A DNA stretch of 62,495 nt, filler included, from Rhabdomonas costata (taxonomy: Eukaryota): NCBI GenBank assembly GCA_019059605.1. It is 34 parts of 34 records of this genome, joined end to end, with 100 filler letters (N's around TTAATTAATTAA, not from the genome) between each part and the next. Parts side by side here need not be neighbours in the genome. Positions count along the whole stretch, not along the records: positions 12,890 to 14,631 come from JAHMHO010009763.1; positions 14,732 to 16,473 come from JAHMHO010009764.1; positions 16,574 to 18,315 come from JAHMHO010009765.1; positions 18,416 to 20,157 come from JAHMHO010009766.1; positions 20,258 to 21,998 come from JAHMHO010009767.1; positions 22,099 to 23,841 come from JAHMHO010009768.1; positions 23,942 to 25,683 come from JAHMHO010009769.1; 27 more parts are not named here. One strand, 5' to 3'. Positions 13,620 to 25,783 of this stretch are shown piece by piece (the first letter of the stretch is position 1; each line of letters opens with the position of its first letter). The position numbers were made by a program, and so were the translations under genes. The notes under the pieces are model-generated. The model made no database searches and was not told the DNA's origin. It was given only the letters and a program-made list of their open reading frames with translations.

Positions 13620-14424
13620 TCAGGACAGACCCTCAAACTCCGCAAATGCCTTGCGGTCCACCACACTGTACCGAGCCTCCTCGTCCTTGTGGACGTAGTA
13701 GAAGTACTCCTATGCAACAAAGACCCAGGGAAAAGCAGGAGGCACGTCCCCAGGAAGGGTAAACGACTGCGTCAAATAATATGGCTGAGACAGACGAGAG
13801 GAGGTGGAAGTGGAAGTTACCGCGGCGTTTGCTCTGCCGAGCATCCGCACGAAGTCCTCATCGTGGGTGATGACAATGAGCTGGAAGGAGCTCTGTTCGC
13901 GGCGGGCCTCGATAATCCCAGACAGGGCCTCGGCCAAACTGGCGACATTCTCAGAGTCTGAGCATCAGACCCCAAAGAATGAACGAAGGAGCAAGTGATT
14001 TCCGAATAGACGTAGGGTCAAACAGAGCTCAATGTTTTCAGGGTCCACACAACTTTCAACACTTTTTTACTAACTCTGGCATGGGACAAGCAATGGGAGG
14101 CAACAGAACACAAGACGGAAGACGGGAGCAATGCAAAATGCTTTGCCCAGCTGCCACACCCTACGCTTCAACAAAAGAGACCGAAACAATTCAAAAGACA
14201 TACACTGGGTAACATGACCACTATATTGGTGAAACTCTCACAGACTATCTGTCCCATTCCCATTCCTCTTCCCCGAGCCGCTCGTCTGACTCACTGAAAA
14301 TCAACAGGCAAGGTAAAAACGTAGGCATGCCCAGATTAGTGGTGGGCTCGTCGAGCGCCAGCACGGCGCAGTCACAGCAGAAGGCCTCGCTCAGAGCCAA
14401 CCGAATCACGAGGCTCCCCAAAAC
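13620..14424 (-). CDS. RAD50: DNA repair protein RAD50, C-terminal ATPase half (exons 14424-14331, 13957-13821, 13709-13620)
   Basis: Spliced product [87 protein letters not shown]..stop contains the Walker B/D-loop and H-loop of RAD50. Confidence 0.95.
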
Positions 14425-16573
14425 CTGAATTGAAGACACATTTCCCTCAAAGTCATCAACACCCACACAGCGTTGCGACCGTGCAAAGGGCTCCAGTCAG
14501 ATAGCAAGTTCAGCAGAGCAATGTTTTTCAATAGGAAGGCATCTACAGGTACAACTGATTTCTTAAATCCTCGGAATGGCGTACAACCTTTTGTCCCGCA
14601 CTGCACCGTCCACGCATGTCCAACACCCCCCNNNNNNNNNNNNNNNNNNNNNNNNNNNNNNNNNNNNNNNNNNNNTTAATTAATTAANNNNNNNNNNNNN
14701 NNNNNNNNNNNNNNNNNNNNNNNNNNNNNNNTTGTGTCCGCTTAAAGTTAAAAGTGATAGGTGGAAAAAGGGTTACCAAAATGTCATGTTAAGGGTCATT
14801 TTGGACTCAAGGGGGGGAGGGGGGGAGGGATTGTGAAAAGGGCCTCACTTTGTAACCATGTCAGCGAAGTTGTTTCTTATGTATTGGAAGCTATAAGCAG
14901 ATTCCTCTTTTCTGGGATACAATGGCGTTTTCCAGAATTGCATTAGCATGGGTTTCTCGCCTCTCACCTTGAACTTGGCTAGTGCCGCACAACACAGGAT
15001 AGACTGAAGACACGAAGTTACAATGCACGGTGGCCAGGTGACCCAGAACGTCAACATACGCCCGGGACCACCACAGCGCAAAGCACGGGCGCAGGCAAAA
15101 AGCAGGGCAAGTTTAGTTGCGGATGCATGCACGCACGCACGTAAGTACGTCACATTAGAGAGTGGGGATAGTACAGGGTCCAGGGATTCTTTTTCACGCA
15201 GAGAGGTTCTGCTCTAAGCAAATCATGTGGGGCAGGAAGCGAGTGGTGGAGGGGCGACATTTGCTTCGGATTAAGGACTTAAGGACACACGAAATGAAAC
15301 ACTGACCCCGTTAAGTACCTTGGGACCCTTATGAGGAATTTGGCACTCTGCACAATTCGTCCCATAGACCCCACCCCGCGGAGAGTAGCGCCCGTCATCC
15401 CTTACTACACCATAACTTGTTTGACACGTGACATGTTCAGGCTTAATTTTTGATGAGGATGTGTATAACATGAACACCAGATCGCTCACAAGGTCACAAT
15501 AAATCTGAATTCATCCAAAAGCGCACAAAACTACGGGTTCCATTTTGACCAATGAATTTCTGGTTTTTACATGATTTGAATAATTATTTATGTTTCTGTG
15601 ACCGGGGGAAACTGCTTGTATGAAGAGGTCAAGTTTGACCAGACTCATTATCATTTACCCGACGTTTTGATAGCTCATACCACAAATAATAACAACATCC
15701 TAAACACTACTACTATAAGCAGAAAAGCTACGTCCCCGACACCGAAGCTGTGCCCGCCATCTCTCCCAGAGGGTCTGCACCAAGACAGAGCAGGACTCAC
15801 GTATGACGACAAAACCCACATCTCCCACCCCTCCCTTTGCGCAGGGAGAAATCGGCAGGCGGCAGGTGTGTGTGTGGGGGGGGGGCAGTCCAAAAGTGGG
15901 AAGTTACTCCGCCCCACGCACCGCAGCACAGAGACATGTGGAATTAATTGAACGTCGTCTTGCAGCGGCAGGGAGCCCCGTCGTCATGGGAGGAGTCCGA
16001 GGAGCAGTCATCGCTGTCACTTTCCGTGTCGCTCTCTCCTACGCGATTTTCCATACGAATGGATGAAAGATTCAAAAAGTAAACAACCTATCTTCTGTGG
16101 AGATCTGGTGAAATGCAAGCAAGAGAGGGAGAGAGAGAAACTCCAGCAAGCCAGCCTATAAAGGAAATGACCTCCAAAAGGTTTAGAAATCTCATAATTG
16201 ATGTGCAAACGCCACTGCATCGATATCAGCACTGAACAGCTGACAGCTTACTGTGCTGTTTGACCTTCTTGGGAAACTGGTTTAAATCTCGGTCATGCTG
16301 GTCCATGAGCTGACTCGTCACGAACGAGACAAAATGGCAGGGGACCACCATCAACACAAATAGGGTCCAGCACCAACACCCCACACAATCTGTTCCACTG
16401 CCCCAAAAGGGAACGGTTGCTCACAAAAGAAAAAGAGTGTGTCGGTCCGGCCGGGGGAGTTGACACACAAAACNNNNNNNNNNNNNNNNNNNNNNNNNNN
16501 NNNNNNNNNNNNNNNNNTTAATTAATTAANNNNNNNNNNNNNNNNNNNNNNNNNNNNNNNNNNNNNNNNNNNN

Positions 16574-16990
16574 CCCGCCGACCTGCTGTTCCCGCACATG
16601 CTTCCCAAAGGCCCACACGCTTTGGACTTCACGGTCTGGTCACGGCATGGCGGTGCCCAAGATCCTTTGGACAAGGCACACCAACACAAGGATAAGCGGA
16701 CGCAGGGTGGAGTTACTCCGCGTGGGCCGCGGACAAGCATGACGGATTACACCCCCCGGGCCATCTCTTCTACAAAAAAGCTCATCAAGCAGCTGAACAC
16801 TAGCTGCCCTTATGCTAACGCGACCGCCGCGGACCTGGACGCCAAGGTGTGGAACGCGCTGTCCACAGCGGTGTGGCTGAGGGCGGCGACCCCCTGGCAC
16901 GGCACGGCAGGATGCGGGTCCGAGGCGGGTCAGCCGATCCAACCGACGACGACGACGCTGGAGGTCCCGGGCATCAACCATTCCACCTGA
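16574..16990 (+). mobile_element. Decayed non-LTR retrotransposon 3' region, restriction-like endonuclease domain (CRE/SLACS-like)
   Basis: PADLLFPHMLPKGPHALDFTVWS...LDKAHQHKDKR fits the RPAD..D.TV..A..K..K motif of RLE-type LINEs. Confidence 0.65.
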
Positions 16991-17390
16991 CCTTCCCCGT
17001 CGCCGCGGAGCCTGTGCCAGGTACCGGTTCACATCCACCTGCCCAGGGGCCCCTCCAGCCATGAGCGCACCCGCGCCGCCACACGTCACCAGCGAAACAT
17101 TTCCATCCCTGCCGCCCATTATGGCCCACAACATTTACACACCAAGCCTAGATGTCAGATTGCCATTAAGGTTTTTAATTTATGCATGTATCTGCGTATC
17201 AGTATAATGTGTGTCCGAATTGTGTGTGCGTGTATTTATTTGTATAAAAAATAGGCGGGATTCCAGAATATGCAGATATAAGGCCCCGGCAGCCAGCTAC
17301 ATCTTTAGCCTCGCTTTCTCTAGGCCCTCAATTTAAGGAAACAATGAATATAAATAACAATATATTTAAGAAGGTATAGCGCAAAAAAAT

Positions 17391-18300
17391 GTGGGCCAAG
17401 TAAAGCCTAAAAGCCTACGGAGTAAAAACTATAAAGAAGGATTGAAAGAAGACGTCCTAATTGCGTCTCCGCCCACAGTGGTGCTTTTTGTGGAAAGGGG
17501 AGATCCGCAAGAAAACGCATATAGGGCACACATAGATCACATAGACCCCCATCTCCAACTACCAGCGTGTACTCCAGGTGGAAAGCTCTTTGGCCAGTGG
17601 AAGTGGATGATTCCCCAGAACCGTTTCACCGGTAGGAGACAGACCAAGAGTATGACTGGTGGTGTGACGGAGGATCAACTCGCCGAGATCACAGGCGACA
17701 ACTAATACCATCAGTTTGGAATGGAGAACCACGTTTGAACAATCATACTTGGACGACGCGTTGCCTCGTGCAGCGACAACATTTTACAGGTTTCTTACGT
17801 GGGTTCGGTATTGAAGAAAATGTGCGTTTGACTGATCTGCTTCTAAGAAGACGTGGGTGTACACGTGGCGGTTGACCTGCCGATTATGAAGATGAACGCA
17901 GAAGAGGCAACTAGGATTCTGGAAGTGTTGTTCAAAATAAAACTTCTGGAGCCGCAGCCTACTGTAAAGAAAGAGGAAATGGGAGAGTGTTGTGGCAAAG
18001 AGCTTAGCTTGGAGTCTAGCATGGTAGCAGTGTGGAGCCGATTTGGACAAAAAGATGTGCTGATAGCAGATCCATTGTTTGCCACTTTGTAAGCCTTCAA
18101 AAATGGACCCAGAGTTTGACATGTTCTTGGATAATTTAAAAGACACTCCGTCACCACAACCATTGCTTTTCTTGCAAATAGTTGGTACAGAAGCATGTGA
18201 TAGCGCTTATGTATTCGTGAGATTCGGACTCTTTTGCGAGTTTGTATGTGGTGAGTGAGTTGATGTTGCAGCAAAAGGTTGAACCAATCGCTGGAACATC
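17391..18300 (+). pseudogene. Decayed intronless coding region, possibly transposon-derived
   Basis: ORFs 17391-17705 and 17853-18092 share a frame and are interrupted by stops; more AT-rich than host exons. Confidence 0.3.
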
Positions 18301-19675
18301 AACTCACCCACCACCNNNNNNNNNNNNNNNNNNNNNNNNNNNNNNNNNNNNNNNNNNNNTTAATTAATTAANNNNNNNNNNNNNNNNNNNNNNNNNNNNN
18401 NNNNNNNNNNNNNNNTTGTTGTTGTGGCTAGAACAGTGCGTCATCGCTTCAATTGCGTATCCTCCCGAACGGTCAGCACTGCTGCCCAAGTGTCGGAAGT
18501 CTCGTTTCTGTGAACGTTGCTTTGCGGATGGAGCGAACTGGGAATTTGTTAGAAACATCTGTTCATCTGTTCACAGTGGCAGGGACTGTGCCGCAACCTT
18601 GTATTACACAGGAAGCCTACAGGTGTCACCTACTGATGATGGTCACACGAGGAAATGGGCGCTCCTTCCCGTTTTTTAACGTCCAAAATTCAGGAGTTGG
18701 TAGGGTTTAGATTGAACTTCCGACTTTTAGGCGTTTTCTGCCATTCGCTTCTGTGCATCAAACTCCGCATCTGCGCCCTCAAGGCTATACCTCCGTATCT
18801 TCCCAAACGGTCCGCGTCGCTGTCGTTCCTCGGAACGTCGCTTTGGGGATGGAGCGCGCTGGGGTTTGGGATCTTTTCTCCGACACAGTGGCATAGATCG
18901 CGCCGCAACCTGGCAATACACGGCAAGCCTTGCCAGACAGGAAATGGGCGGTTTGTTTTGCACAAAATGTGGCTGATGCGATTCTTGGTTGCCAAAAGAC
19001 TTGGTTGCCAACCAAATGCAGCTCCAAACCTGTTCCCGTTTTTTTTTTCGATTTTGCTCATGGCAGCCATCCTTCAAGTCAGGCGTATTTTGCAAGGAGT
19101 GGCCCCATGCTGTCATGCGCCGCCGGACTTTCCCCCAAGCACCCGCGGAATTAAAAAAATCGATTGCCTCCCCTTGCTTAGCAAACCAACTGCCCTTAAC
19201 GCCGTGTCTTGGTTATACCGCGGCGGTTATCGTGACATTTTCCTCTCTGTCTTTCCCCCGCCCGCCATCCCATCGCAAATGTGTTCACGTAAAGTTCCGT
19301 TTATGGAAAGACCCGCTACGGGAGGCGGGGGAAGGGGGGGGGGCAGAAAGAGCCAAAGTTTCTCGCAAACAACCCGCATTTGCCCGAAAGCTTTTCCACC
19401 GAAAGGTGTTGGCGGCCCCTGTTTCTGTACGGCGGTTCTGGGAACCCCAAGAGGCGTTCAATCAGCCTTCCCACAAGCATGCTCTCCAGATGCCCCCTAA
19501 AAGTTCGTTTGCGTCTGCCATTCCCAACCATTGGGGGGTTTTTGGACTGCCATCAGAGAAGATTCTTGGGCTGCACCTTTCCTTTTCTCCCATTTCATTG
19601 CTGCGCTTCAGTGCCTGAACTTTCTTTTTCATCGTCATTTCCTTCTGCCGTGCCCTGCAACCGTCAACCACCTCG

Positions 19676-20157
19676 ATGGAGGCCTGCCAACGAACAAACT
19701 CGGCTGAGGCGATGAACGCTCTGCACATTCAGGCCGACGCCCACACCCTTCCTCAAAGACGAAACGCTACCCCGCCCTCTCGGCTGCACTTTGGGGTATT
19801 GGAAGTTCTCCGTGCCCGCATCCCGACCAGCACGCACATCCCCCGGGGCTTTCGAGTGACCTTCTGCCAGATTATGGCCCAAAGCCTGCAGCGGTTTTGC
19901 GAACACTCTGACGACGAGGCCATCCTTGCGGAGCTGGTCGCCCTTCCGAAGCTCCTCCTGCATCTCACTGAAACCCGAGGCACCCGACGCCACCACGCGA
20001 GGTTTCTTCGGGAGCTTCGGCTGCGGGCACAGCAGTGGTACAGGGGGGAAGTTGACGCGCTCTGGAACGCAGCCCTCGCCGCGCAGCGGTCCGTGGACGC
20101 TTCAACACCCTCTCCGACCTCAGCCCAGGGTGAAGCTTATGTTGAGGAAACGCTGGA
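19676..20157 (+). mobile_element. Non-LTR retrotransposon ORF, region N-terminal to reverse transcriptase (CRE-like), cut by contig end
   Basis: HIPRGFR...LVALPKLLL..TRG...LRAQQWYRGEVDALW resembles the IP..R / LPK..L / W..G...LW block preceding RT in CRE-clade elements. Confidence 0.6.
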
Positions 20158-20327
20158 NNNNNNNNNNNNNNNNNNNNNNNNNNNNNNNNNNNNNNNNNNN
20201 NTTAATTAATTAANNNNNNNNNNNNNNNNNNNNNNNNNNNNNNNNNNNNNNNNNNNNTGTTTTTGGGCATTTTCCTAATACGGAAGTGAAGGTGAAACCT
20301 GTGTTTCCTATGGTTTCCTTTTAACGC

Positions 20328-20500
20328 TTTTGGGATTGGGAAATAGAGGACCTTAAACTAAATTCCTACCGAAATCAGTGAAGTTTCCATTCAATTTTTA
20401 TCGAATCAGCAAAGTATTTTGAAAAGTAAGGCAGTATCAGTAAACAGGCCCTGGGCCCAAGACAAGGTTCGGGAGACCGAGCCCTCGCAAGGGCCCGTCA
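20328..20500 (+). repeat. ~170-bp repeat, left arm of an inverted pair
   Basis: Reverse complement of 21823-21995 with a few mismatches and small indels. Confidence 0.95.
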
Positions 20501-20535
20501 AAGGTCCCTAATTCTTTCTGCGTCTCCTTTTGCAG

Positions 20536-21112
20536 ATCGAAGGACGAGAAGCACCGGTCCTCCGGCCAACACTCCTCAAGACATCACCATCACCGAGGAG
20601 AGAAGCCTGGTGATCCCGCCAGCAAGGTGCAGTGTTGACTCAGTTTTCTCTGTCTTGTCCCCTTGTCCTTTTGGATACCTCAGGGTCACCTCACCTTATA
20701 CGCATTTTGCGGGTTCGCTATTGGCTCACTGGGGCCTCAGTGTTTGGTTTTCACCCCACCCCGGCTGTCTGGAATTGGTTTTTATCGAATTGGGGTGGGT
20801 TTCTCACAGGACCGTGCGGTGCGTGGGGGCAGCAGTGCGAAGCAAGGCCCGCGTGGCTCTTCGCGGTCGCGAGATCACCGCCACCGCCATGCCGAGGACT
20901 CGGATCACCGCAGTGGGAGCAGCGCGGGCAGCAGCAGCAGCAGCAGCAGCAGAAGCAGCGTGGGGCGGCATTCATCACACCGCCACCGCCACTCTGCCAA
21001 CCCTTCAGGGTCCACCGGGGCTCCTCCCTTCGCTGCTTCTTCGCAAACTTTTGCAGCGCCTCCGTCTTCAGGAGGAGGCAAGGGCCGCAGCGGAAAATCG
21101 CACCTTAGATAA
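20536..21112 (+). CDS. Last two exons (20536-20626, 20810-21112) of a protein with a Ser/Arg/His-rich low-complexity C-terminus
   Basis: tttgcag|..SKDEKHRSSGQHSSRHHHH..ASK|gtgcag and ctcacag|DRAVRGG...KSHLR-stop; phase-0 join; contains an (AGC)n tract. Confidence 0.65.
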
Positions 21113-21822
21113 CCACATGACTTGGGTACTGATGGGTTGGGAAGTCCCTTCACTGTGTGGATTTGTGTTCATCTTTCACTGCAACTTGACTTATTTGCCA
21201 TGGGTGGCAGTCTCTTTTGCAGTATCTCAGGCTGAAAAAGACGTACTGGGCACCAGGCGTGGATTATCCTCTGTTGCCAAACATGTTTGTCATTGCGCCG
21301 CTTTAACGGATCAACGTGAACTCAACGCACACAGCTTTCATCACATCCTGGTTCGACGGATAAAAGGTAAAGTCGAAGACTCAGAGGCTAACAAAGCAGC
21401 GGATACACAAATTGCGAACACATGCGCTTTCATACCCACCACCACACACAAAATCACATTACGCCGCCTTTTCTGAAGTAGCCCTTGCCTCAGGTCAGCA
21501 AAAACCCGGGGGAGGGGTCCCTGCGAGCGTCAAACACAATGTGTACGCCCACAATCCGACCCTTCCTCTTCCACCCCAGACGGACGATTTCCCAGCTTCC
21601 AGCCTGGCGGTGTTCCTCTCTTAGATTCGGGCGTTTTCCTACTCCCCTTGGCATTTGGCGCCTCCTGTGTTGAACTTCGGGTGCGCAATGTTTGGCAGTA
21701 ATGTGCCCCCTTTGGCCCTCACCAATTTTGACACCCACGGGCCTTGAAAACCCAACACCAAAACCATAAACGCACTAACCGCCCCCATCCACGACATTCA
21801 TCACTTCCATCATTCATTGCTA

Positions 21823-21995
21823 TGACGGGCCCTTGCGAGGGCTCGGTCTCCCGAACCTTGTCTTGGGCCCAGGGCCTGGTTACTGATACTGCCTTACTTT
21901 TCAAAATACTTTGCTGATTCCATACAAAAGGAATGGAAACTTCACTGATTTCGGTAGGAATTTCGTTTAAAGTCCTCTATTTCCCAATCCCAAAA
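21823..21995 (-). repeat. ~170-bp repeat, right arm of an inverted pair
   Basis: tgacgggcccttgcgagggctcggtctcccgaaccttgtcttgggcccagggcc... mirrors 20328-20500. Confidence 0.95.
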
Positions 21996-22519
21996 CCCNN
22001 NNNNNNNNNNNNNNNNNNNNNNNNNNNNNNNNNNNNNNNNNNTTAATTAATTAANNNNNNNNNNNNNNNNNNNNNNNNNNNNNNNNNNNNNNNNNNNNGG
22101 TGTGGTGTGTCTGAAGACAACTCTTGAGCGTCCAGTGTCGGCGTGGCTTTGACCTGGGCTTGTACAGACTGTTAGTGGACTGGCAATTGAGTTTTTCAAT
22201 TTTTCTGAAGAAAATGCCATCTGTCACTCTGCAGACCTCCTTTTCAGACAGCACTCCTCATGCCATTCGCTGAAGCATTCAGCATTCTTCTGCGAGCAAT
22301 CTGGTGGCTATAAGAATGAATGGACGTTCACACTGTCTCTGTATCACGGTGGAGTGCTCTCCGCAATCAACCTGCCGTGCTTCGAGCAAACTGATGTGTA
22401 GCTGGTCCAGGATGGATAGAGCCTCAAGCAAAGCAACCTTCCGCTGTACCTACAACTGTGCACTAGGCAAACAGATGTTTGCACTCGCATTTGTGGTCAA
22501 AAAACTGAAAACTCCCGTA

Positions 22520-23841
22520 GTGTTCTACTACAAAAGCTACAGACCACACACACTACGCAACACACTACGCCACATACAACAATACAAACACAGACTCCGA
22601 CTCTGAAACAGTCACAAACACAGACTTCAAGAAGACTCCGACTTCAACATCAATAGAACCAACACCAACCTCTACACCTACCACTACCGCTCCACCTACT
22701 CTAATAAAAACACCACCACCAACAACAACAACAACAACAACAACAAAACGAAGAACACACGCACACGCACACACTTAAGGAACACAGCCTCTAATACCAC
22801 CACCATACACAAATAATCCATCCACACTACAACATCCACCCACACCTTAACACAAACCAGTACCAGAACGTCAATCACACACCCAACACCGCAAAGCACT
22901 AACGCACCCAATGACACACCACCAAGCAATGAACCCAGCACAGAAAGAAATACCATGAGCCTTCGCAAAACCACAGGTTACGCACACACTCACTCCACAC
23001 TCCACACACCATTACCCAACCCCTACCTAACACCCATCGCAAGCAACCAGACCACACATACTTCCCAGCACAACAACCAAGTACACCACAAAGACCACGC
23101 ACAACCCACAGCCAGCAACCCACAGTAACACAAATGCACCCAATCACATTGCAAACTAACCAGAACCACAAACGCATACACAAAAAATCACCAACCATGC
23201 AACACCAGACAACAAAAACTTGTACACAACAACCCAGCATCAACCACAGCACAAACATTGGCCACAGCACACACACCAGAACACGAACACCCCCCAGCAC
23301 ACGCACACGCACATAACACACCATACGCACATACTACAACTGCAGACATCCCACCCATACAAATAGGAACTAGGAACAGAACACATAACACAAGCAAACT
23401 ACCCACACTAAGTGCAACGAAGCACATGCAAGTCCATGAAAACCAACCGACCATGAAACAAAGAAAAGGCCTAACGCTAACCCAAAGAAGTTCCAAGAAC
23501 CACAAACGCAGAAGCCGAGCACAGAACCAAGCCACATACCCATGACACAACGGAGCCCATACTGACCACCAAAAGCACCACAGAAGCACAATCACACACA
23601 GAATAAGGAGAAGAAGTAGCGAAAGAACCCATCAAACAACTGAAACAGCAACCCGAAGACGGAAACGCAGAACCCAAACCAAAAAAGAACACTTAGAGTC
23701 CGGAAGAGCGCAACCACCCAAGCCACTGCATAACCCACACACACCAGCGCACACACTCACGCCCACTCCCACGCCCAACCGCACACACACTCCTGACCAC
23801 ACAAACAGCCACGCAACCACGCCATCATCCTCCCACCAAAA
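22520..23841. repeat. Strongly A/C-skewed low-complexity block with (ACA)n and a Thr/Pro-rich reading stretch
   Basis: G and T are depleted on the plus strand for 1.3 kb; 22608-22750 reads TVTNTDFKKTPTSTSIEPTPTSTPTTTAPPTLIKTPPPTTTTTTTT. Confidence 0.75.
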
Positions 23842-24433
23842 NNNNNNNNNNNNNNNNNNNNNNNNNNNNNNNNNNNNNNNNNNNNTTAATTAATTAANNN
23901 NNNNNNNNNNNNNNNNNNNNNNNNNNNNNNNNNNNNNNNNNGGGGGGGTGGAGAGGAGGGAAGCCTGATCTAAGGGCTTCGAGGTAGGAGGGAGGAGGCT
24001 GGCAGGGAAGCTGCCGTCCATGCCACAAGCACCCATGCAAACAACATACAGGGACATGCATGGGGTGGCTCCTCCGTATGTGTGCCCCATGCGTGTATGC
24101 TCTCTCTTGGTGGGTGGGTCCCACTGCATGTGTGCGTTCTTGAAAGGCAGGATTTTGGGATGTGCAGGCCTTCCGGTTCGACGGCGCACACGGCGAACGT
24201 GCAGCGGTAGATGGGGTTTGATAACGATTACTTGAAGGGATGGGAAGCACAATTGCAGCTTTGCCAAAAAAACCAAACACACCATACGCATTTTCAACAG
24301 CAAGGCAGAACTTTGCACAGTTTGGCAGAAAGAAAGAGAGGTTTCAGTGTGCGCCCCCCCCCAAAAAAAAACTATCCAAAGCCTTTGCCACTACCGCCAC
24401 CATTCTTGAAGGGGAGGGTGTGTGTGCACGCAC

Positions 24434-25340
24434 CAGAGGTGGGCATTGGGCCGTTGTTGTACAGAATCTTGTCCATGTCGGCGATGCTGCTCTCTCCGGC
24501 GCCCTTGGGCAGAGCAGGCTGAGAAGTCCCTGAGGAGCCCCAAAAGAAGACCAAAGGCGAAGACGAAACTTGCCCGTGAAAAAATTACATAAGAGGCTCC
24601 GACTGTCTTTTTGCTTATATGTTATCCATCTTTTCTTTTTTGCGTTTACCCAATCTCTGCTGCCGTGAGCGCGTGGCAGCGCAGAGAGCGTAGCCCTACC
24701 CTCTCCTTTTTTGCGCGAGCCCGGGGGGTGCTACAGATCTGGAACACCACCGCGAGCGTGAAATCCACGCGGAGCCGAACGCACGCCGCATCTCGCGGCC
24801 CTTCACGTGCCTCGGGTTTCCCGACACACATGCCACATGCGTGATATCAACCACACCGCACGTGCATGCTCGCCTCGCATCTGTGCCTTCTTCGCCAATC
24901 CCCCAGACACCAGTCTTATGTGTGTGGGTCTTTCACCAACCGGGGCCGTGAGGTACTCCTGCTGTGCGCGGCTGTCAGTATAGTCTCCACTGACGATTTA
25001 AAAAAGGAACTGACCTCACACGGTGCTTCTCTGCTGTGCTTCCGCTGAACTTGCCTTTCTTGCGCTGCCTCACAGAAGCGTGTTCCCCGTTGCATGGCAA
25101 GTCGCGCCACTTGAGGAGGCTTTGTTTCCCCCTTGGAACCTCGCTCAGACAGCCCCTCACTCCAGAGTCGCCTTGCGGGTCAGAGGTTAGACACAAAGGG
25201 AACCCATGCACAAGGGCTAACGTACCCTCACGGGCCAGGTTGAAGATCACCGTGTTGGCGCACGAGCGACCGAAGATGACGATGTCCAGGAGGGAGTTGG
25301 CACCCAGGCGGTTCGCACCGTGCACGCTGGCACAGGCGCA
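24434..25340 (-). CDS. SDH1: Succinate dehydrogenase flavoprotein subunit, partial (exons 25340-25226, 24529-24434)
   Basis: [80 protein letters not shown] signature; phase-1 GT-AG intron. Confidence 0.95.
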
Positions 25341-25783
25341 CTGCGGGCCAAGGCAGAGACAGAGAGAGACCCCGAACAGGCAAAAGGGAGAAACAAGGCG
25401 ATCCGTGCGAGTAGCCCGAAGGTGAGTTAGAAGCAAGTGGGCTACGCTGAAAACCTTCGAAACAGAAATTGAACTTTCTGACAAAAATTCGCCTCACGTC
25501 CGAGTCCACAAATTACGTACTGGGCCGGCTATCTAGAACCTTTGACCTTGTTAGACGGGATGAGAAGGAAAAAATATGCAATTTTGGAAAAGAAAAAGGT
25601 TTCAAAAACGCCATGAAAGAAGTGCAGAAAAGAAAAGAAAAAGAGGACACGACAATTTTCGGAGGGTCGAAAACAAAAAAACANNNNNNNNNNNNNNNNN
25701 NNNNNNNNNNNNNNNNNNNNNNNNNNNTTAATTAATTAANNNNNNNNNNNNNNNNNNNNNNNNNNNNNNNNNNNNNNNNNNNN

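Noticed and set aside
18625-18680. CTGATGA...GAAA hammerhead candidate
   Set aside because: Stems I and II cannot form.
18655-19618. Long overlapping ORFs of 281 and 209 aa
   Set aside because: No motifs or coding-like composition; likely chance ORFs in GC-rich DNA.
22565-23820. Val/Cys/Gly/Trp-rich minus-strand ORFs resembling membrane proteins
   Set aside because: A by-product of G/T-rich low-complexity sequence.
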